Translations under genes and position numbers: made by a program
Shown: positions 57,901-64,000 of the stretch, piece after piece
Numbering within the stretch: the first letter of the stretch is position 1
Layout: each line of letters starts with the position of its first letter
The notes under the pieces: generated by a model
Database searches by the model: none
What the model was told of the DNA's origin: nothing
Seen by the model: only the letters and a program-made list of their open reading frames with translations
Assembly (NCBI GenBank): GCA_000708835.1
Contig: DF237031.1
Location: 162,423-226,422 of the forward strand
Direction of reading: 5' to 3'
Length of the DNA: 64,000 nt
From: Klebsormidium nitens
Lineage: Eukaryota; Plantae; Klebsormidiophyceae

Positions 57901-60900
57901 TTCGAGGAACGGGTACGCTGATTTCAAAAGTAATGGAGACGCGTGGCCCGCTGCAGGTGAAGGAGGCTGCGGAGCGCGAGGCGGAGCTGGTGCGGCAGTT
58001 GGAGGAGGTGCGCGAGCAGATGGTGCGCGATGCGCAGTCGGCCGCGGCGCGCGAGGACAGGCTCAGGCGGGACGTGCGGGAACTGGAGGCACGCTGCCAG
58101 GTGGGGGCGCTTGGTTTCTTGCTTGACGGGCGCGCGCTTTATCTTGACATTCAACCTTAGGAGATCAGGTGGCTTTCAATCGCAAGTGTTCCTCATTCTA
58201 TTCTTGATCAGGGCAGCAAATCTTGGGGTTCCTGAGCAAAATACTGTGTTAGCCTTGAACTACCCCAACTGTCTGCAAAGGGAGGAACAAAACAAGTCGA
58301 CGGACCGAGGTCGCGCTGGCCTTTTTTCGTTTCCAACCTCACTGTCAGTGGTATTCTTGGAACGGGAGTATCTTCGGCTCCTGACCCCACTTTTCGCCCG
58401 CTCCCAGGACGCCGAAGCACGCCACTCGGAGCTGATTGCGCGCGTCCCCGACTCCACTCGCCCGCTGCTGCGCCAGATCGAGGCTCTGCAAGAGGCTGCC
58501 TCGTCGCGCGCTGAGTCGTGGGGGGCTGTGGAGCGTACGCTGAACGCGCGGGTGCAGGAAGCGGAGGTGGCGGCAGCGGGGGCGCAGGAGAGGGAACGAT
58601 CTGCAGCTGATCGGCTGACGCAGGCGGCGAGTAGGATGGCGGTCATGGAAGCGCAGGTGAGGAGGGGGAACGTGATTGTTTTCAAGGTTCACGGCGGATT
58701 CTTGGGTGCAGGGAGTGCAGAGACCAGCGTTGGCTTGCTGGCTTGGTACTCGCAAAGGAATTGATTGATGGGCGGACTGAGAATGAAGCTGAGGTTATCA
58801 AGAGAGCGAAAGTGTTTGACGTGTCAAAAGCAAGAAATCAGAATATTCAGAATCGCACCGATTTGCCAAAAAGCGGGTACACGGCATTTCTGCAAGTGAG
58901 GGCGATTTTGTAGGTTTGCTCAGACAGTGTTCTCTGTTTAAGAAGAGCACAAGGCACATATAAAGCCAGCCTTGAATCCTCAAGAGCTCGATTGTCGAGA
59001 GAGAATTCATGAAGTATGTTTCAACAGGTGTGCGAAACGATTGAACGATCGAGATAGGGAGAAGGCGCGATATGAAGCGTGAGGTCCGGTGCTTGCCAGG
59101 TGTCGATGCTGCGCGCAGAGCAGTCTGCGCTGCAGCGGTCGCTGGAGAAGGAGCGTGCGCGCGCGGGCGAGACGCGGCAGGAGCTGCTCGCGCTGAAAGA
59201 GGCGGCGGCCACGCACGAGGGCCGCGCATCGCAGCTGGAGGACGAAATGAAGGACCTGCGGACGGCGCACCGGAAGGAGGCCCAAGAGGCCGCCAGGAAG
59301 AGGGACGCACTAGAGCAGGTCAGGGTTTGAGGTTGAGGGTTCTGGGAGTTACGAATTGCAGGGGGCGGGGACCAATGCTTCTCGACTTTCTTACTTGCAC
59401 CGACATGTCAACTTTTCAGGTTTTTAAAGCTGTTTGAACCGCTGCTCTTGTCGTGCCTTCTTGACTCCGGTTCGTAGCGCATCGATTCTGCGGAATACGC
59501 CGCGGGTTCTCCGAATGGTCGCAACGGCTATTTCATAACCCGAGGCAGCCGAGAGAAGAACTTGCCGTATGGAAGCGACTGTAAACGTGTTTTTGCAAGG
59601 GTCCACGTTGGATACAATGCAAAGACGGTTGGTCAGCGAGGAAAGGACTCAATTCAGATCGAGGTTGTCAACTTTCGGATGGTGACTCAACTCTCCAAAC
59701 TGAGGGAGAAATGTCATTGGAATTTTCTGCTCGTCATATTTGTCAATTGATGAAGCGAGCCTGAAAATGTGTGCGCTGCAGTATTTGTGGATGCCAGAGG
59801 CCAAACTGCCGATGTCCCTTTTCACTCCAGCAACATACTGTGAGCAGACTTCAATTCGGATCGAGTCTCGGTGAGACAAATGCAGCACCTTTTCAGGCTC
59901 CCTCACATTGTTGCTGTCTCACGCAGGAGCTGGAAGCGCTGCGGGCGGAACGGGAGAAGCTGCGCGCGGGCCAGGCGCCGGCCGTGCACCGAGGAGCGCC
60001 GGAGCGGAACGGCGGAGGTGCGGGGGAGAGCGTGGCGGACGCGACGAGCGAGCGGCGGATGAGCCGACGGCCGTCCAACGCGAGCAGCGCGGGGAGCAGC
60101 ATGGAGGAGGGCTTCTTCCTGCAACACTCGCTGGTGAGTCAGGGCCTTGAGTGACCAATGACTACGTGAGTAACAAGCTCGCTCAATCCACTTCTGTTGA
60201 CACTTAGTCGCCCGGACTGAGAGGGAGGGGCTTACAGCCGATGGTAGTAGTAGCTGTCAACTTGTGACGTCGTCAAGCGGACCAAGTGAGTCGAAGTGGA
60301 GAAAAAATGGCGCACTTGTCCAAGAAGAATGTCGCAGCAAGCCTGCCAAGAGGCACGAGACGATGGATTGGCAAATCTGTGTGCCCGTTGTCATTGACTG
60401 GTCCCTCGTCGTCGCAAGAAGATTCGTCCAATTCCTTCCAAAATTGATTGCGTGAAGCTTATGGGTGCGCTTCTGGTCAGCCTCAAGAGACTCGGTGATA
60501 CCAGGGAATCAATGTTCGCAACTTTATCCGACACTTTTGTGAACATACCTACTGCCAGCTCATCTTTGACGGGAAACAGACGCCACTTTGCTCTCACGTC
60601 TCTGGTCGCCCTCAACATGACCGTGTCTTTTGTTGTCAAAAGCCTAGCAAACTAATTTGATTCGTTCTCCTTACAAAAAGACTGCTCTGACCGCATCTCC
60701 TACCAAAAGAGCTTTGACTGCGGTCGACACAGCGTCCCGCACGTTTATGTAGATTCTCCACTCTTCCTCTTCCATTCAGCTACTGTTTTCTGACCCGCCC
60801 TCTCTTTGCCGTCTCAGGGCGCGCCTTACCCCGGCAGTCACGAAGGCGGTCCGGCCTGGGGCAGCGGCCCGCGGGGCGGCGTGTCGGCCAGCGCCGTGGA

Positions 60901-63009
60901 GCAACTAGAGGCGCTGCTGCGACAACGGGAAGGGGAGCTCGCATCCTACTCCAGCCGGCTGGTGAGAACATGAGAATCAAGGGTTAGAGCCGAAGCATAT
61001 CTGGAGGAGTGAACGCTTATGACCCTCCAAGTTGCGGATCAAATCGCTCTGCTCGAGACGTTTCTGCCTGCAATCCAGTCGACTTCAGAATGCTAGAACG
61101 AGCCCTCAAGTGACCAGGTTGTCAGTGCGACCGTTTCTTAATATCAAGAAATGAGGTTTCTGTTGCAACAACCAGATGTGTAGTAGCTCTCCATTCAGGA
61201 GCGAGCGATGATCTCGGCACGGGTGCCGTTGCTGCAAAAAAAAAATGGACGAAACTCAGCAGTGAGTGATGTTCATAGCGTCTGTTGGAAAGACTTGCGC
61301 AGCAGAGGCGGTAGTGGTTCGAAAGCTATCACATGCATCGCTTCCGCATTTACACTGGTGGACAATCTCAGTAGTTCGACGTTCATTACGCCTTCGAAAG
61401 TTTCTGCCGTGACTGCTGGACATTTCGACCTTCGGTTTGTGATTCACATTGTGTCAGAATCTGCGATCCTAATTAACTCTGCCAGATTCACGCCTCTGGT
61501 CCGCTCTCTGCAGGCGTCGGTAGAGGGCACGCGCGACGCTCTTCGGCAGGGGCTGATGGAGATCGCCTTTGGACGGCTTCGCATCCGCGATTCCTTAACG
61601 ATACCATCCACCCGTTTGCTGGGCAACTCCTGACGGGACGGATTGTGTACATGTCTTTCTCAGGGCCGCTGACCCACCCCTGGTGGCGTTGTGGGCGGGC
61701 ACGCCCGAAGAAACAGCTGGGGTGCGCACAATACAGACCATCCATATGCCTCTGGAATCGTCTGGAGAACGGTTGGAAAGTCCGGCTTGAAACAAAAGTC
61801 GAAGTATTTTTTCTTCTAACGTGTCCACGCGTGTGCCCCGTCCTTTCCAGGCGTCGTTGGAGGGCACGCGCGACGCTCTCGCGGAGGAGCTGGTGCGCAC
61901 AACGCAGGCGACGGAGGAGCTGGGCCGGGAGGCCGCGCTGCTGCCCAGCCTGCGCGCCGAGCTGGAGGCGCTGCGCCGCCGCCACGCGTCCGCGCTGGAG
62001 CTCATGGGGGAGCGCGACGAGGAGGTGAGCGCACAAGAGGAAATCCAGGGTTCTAGGGTAACGTCCACTTCACATGCGTCCACCTAAGGCATTGGTATTT
62101 TGAAAGTCCGCCGAGGTTTGACAACGGGCGACTTCACCAGCGGGCAAACCGCCGAAAAGGCCCAGATTTTGCCGAACAGGCGATTCCTCTGACGCATGTG
62201 AAGAGGGCTTAACGAATCAGAAAAAAAGAGGGCTTGACGTTGGCAAAAGCCCTACATTCGAGCTTTCATCTTTCTCGTATCTGGAAAGCCGGATGTAGCG
62301 TTGCTTTCAGGTCCCCAAGTTTGAATTTGCTTTTGCATCGCCCATAGCTGTACAAAAGTTGTCGGAAGCTTGCGTTAGCTCATCCAATCGAGTCGAGGAT
62401 TTGCGGGTCTGGCTGCATGTGTGTGGACGAGAGGTATACGAAAGTCGCGGGGCCTCCTCTGCTTTGATGGTGGAACTTGCAGCGACTTGTGAGTATGCGA
62501 AAGCACTTCATCGAGGTTAGGTGCTCGTATCAGCTGCGAGTCAGCTCGCGATAGCGCACTCTTACGATTGTTTCAGCGTGGAGTAGTGAGGATAAGGGCC
62601 ACGTTGTGCCCGGGCCCCGGCGCTCGCTCCGTGTGACTGGTGTGCGGCGGACGTGCGGTGCAGGTGGAGGAGCTGCGCGCGGACCTGCAGGACCACAAGA
62701 GCATGTACCGCGAACAGATCGACATGCTCGTCAAGCAGGTGGGGGACGGCCCACGAGTACACTCGAGCGCGGCTTTCGGTAGAAACTTTTGATAGGGCTG
62801 TTTGCTGCTGCATGTCGTTGCAAAGCCCGTGTAAGGCAGTCTTGCACAGCTCTTGGCTTCGAGTGAGCTTGATGGAGGAATTATGCTGTTCCTGGCTTGT
62901 CTCACAGATACATCCGAATCCAGGTTGGCGTTGCTAGGTTGATACTGAGCTCTATGTGCCTTTTTCCGTCTTGCAGATTGAAAGGCAGAGCAAGTCCAAT
63001 CTCACCTAG
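51958..63009 (+). CDS. GC5: Golgin candidate 5 / TATA element modulatory factor (TMF) homologue, ~1150 aa
   Basis: Exons 51958-52096, 52866-54358, 54898-54969, 55374-55451, 55843-55957, 56371-56480 (GC donor), 57135-57335, 57957-58100, 58408-58656, 59100-59318, 59927-60133, 60818-60961, 61851-62024, 62664-62738, 62977-63009; phases consistent (3453 nt). N-terminus MAWAGFPKVSLGDLAGAVNKLQESVKSIEKNFDSALG; TMF motifs LLKEKDEIIKQVMAEGEELSKKQ, VPDSTRPLLRQIEALQ, ALELMGERDEEVEELRADLQDHKSMYREQID. Confidence 0.93.
52110..52117 (-). promoter_or_regulatory. Telo-box-like motif (AAACCCTA) at the start of GC5 intron 1
   Basis: TAGGGTTT lies 14 nt after the first donor. A second AAACCCTA is at 23547-23554 upstream of WDR13. 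This is a motif match only. Confidence 0.25.
61496..61633 (+). repeat. Degenerate intronic copy of the acceptor and start of GC5 exon 13, ending in an in-frame stop
   Basis: ctctctgcAG|gcgtcggtagagggcacgcgcgacgctcttcggcaggggctg versus cctttccAG|gcgtcgttggagggcacgcgcgacgctctcgcggaggagctg (61851 onward). The copy is open for 39 codons to TGA at 61631-61633. Confidence 0.85.
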
Positions 63010-64000
63010 ACCATTGCACTTGGTGTTGCATGGAGTTTATTCCTCAACAACAATGTATTGCTAACAATAGGAACTGAATTAGACAGGCGTTTTCTCACTG
63101 TAAACTCTTTTCAAAGTGACTGGCGTTTGTGGAAGCGGATTGGTGGACTCCAGCAATATCGCAGTCTCAGCTTGTGGCTAACCGTTTTTGAGCTTGTTTA
63201 GTTGCATGCTAGCCAAGTCACTGAATGAATCTCAGTCTCACTAGCGCACGGGCACGGCGGCAAGCCTCAGAAACCGTTTGGCACGTTGCAATCATGCGTT
63301 TCCAACTTGGCAAGCGAGTTGTCATGAAAATTATTATGCACTATTGGAAGCCGCGCACGGACGGTGGCTCTCTATGTACTGTTGATCGCATGGGCTTCAA
63401 GCTAGCTTGCGCGCGACACACCGCATTGCACCATATTGCAAGAAGGGGAAGTGACAGTCCAATGAGTCGGAAGATTCAGCCTGCTAGTCACCGGACTTAT
63501 GCATATAGGTAATTCATCATTTACTTAGTCGTGCCGGCGGGACAATTGATATTGAAGCATGGAGTGCCAGCATGCAGTGTGCATATACGATGCCAACCGC
63601 GATACTATAGTGCTGCCAAATTGGTAGCCGCGGCCGCGGCTCTGCATGAGCTAGGCACCTCGGCGGCCTGACGATACGATCGGATCCAACATGCATGCCA
63701 TGATGATCGATATATAAACCACATGCATGCCATGATGCGGCCGGCCGGCCACCCATGCAGGCCGGTCCTATATCCATATGGCCGGTCACGGCCGAGATAA
63801 AAGTTTCTATGTTTGACTCACCGGCTCAGTCCATCAATATTCACCATGATTTGCTGGCAATTAAGTATATCTTACTACCATCAGTCTGCCAACCGATCCA
63901 ACAATCCATGCGCACATTATTTTAGTAACGGAGCTATACCTTCGATCTGATATCAACTTACGGTTCGATCATCAATCATTGAATCGCGGTGTCATAAATA

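Overview
Eukaryotic, intron-rich DNA. The plant-type orthologues, GC3-rich exons and 0.3-1 kb introns suggest a streptophyte alga such as Klebsormidium (inference, not verified). I assembled six multi-exon genes by hand with consistent phases: (1) BRD8-like SANT + bromodomain protein, +, 4782-13758, ~2124 aa, including one 5.1-kb acidic exon; (2) WDR13-like WD40 protein, -, 15865-22880; (3) class A FAD-dependent monooxygenase (KMO-like), +, 30267-36574; (4) an apparent fusion of an MpaB/Lcp-family (DUF2236) haem-oxygenase domain to an intact cis-prenyltransferase, +, 39176-44556, the most interesting item; (5) START/SRPBCC lipid-binding protein, -, 46340-50232; (6) golgin candidate 5/TMF, +, 51958-63009. 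Other elements are a probable spliced pseudogene near 25-26 kb, decayed coding relics, and palindrome-rich intergenic islands. A recurring pattern is degenerate 'shadow' copies of exon ends lying beside the real exon, seen in five of the six genes. I found no tRNA, rRNA or CRISPR array.
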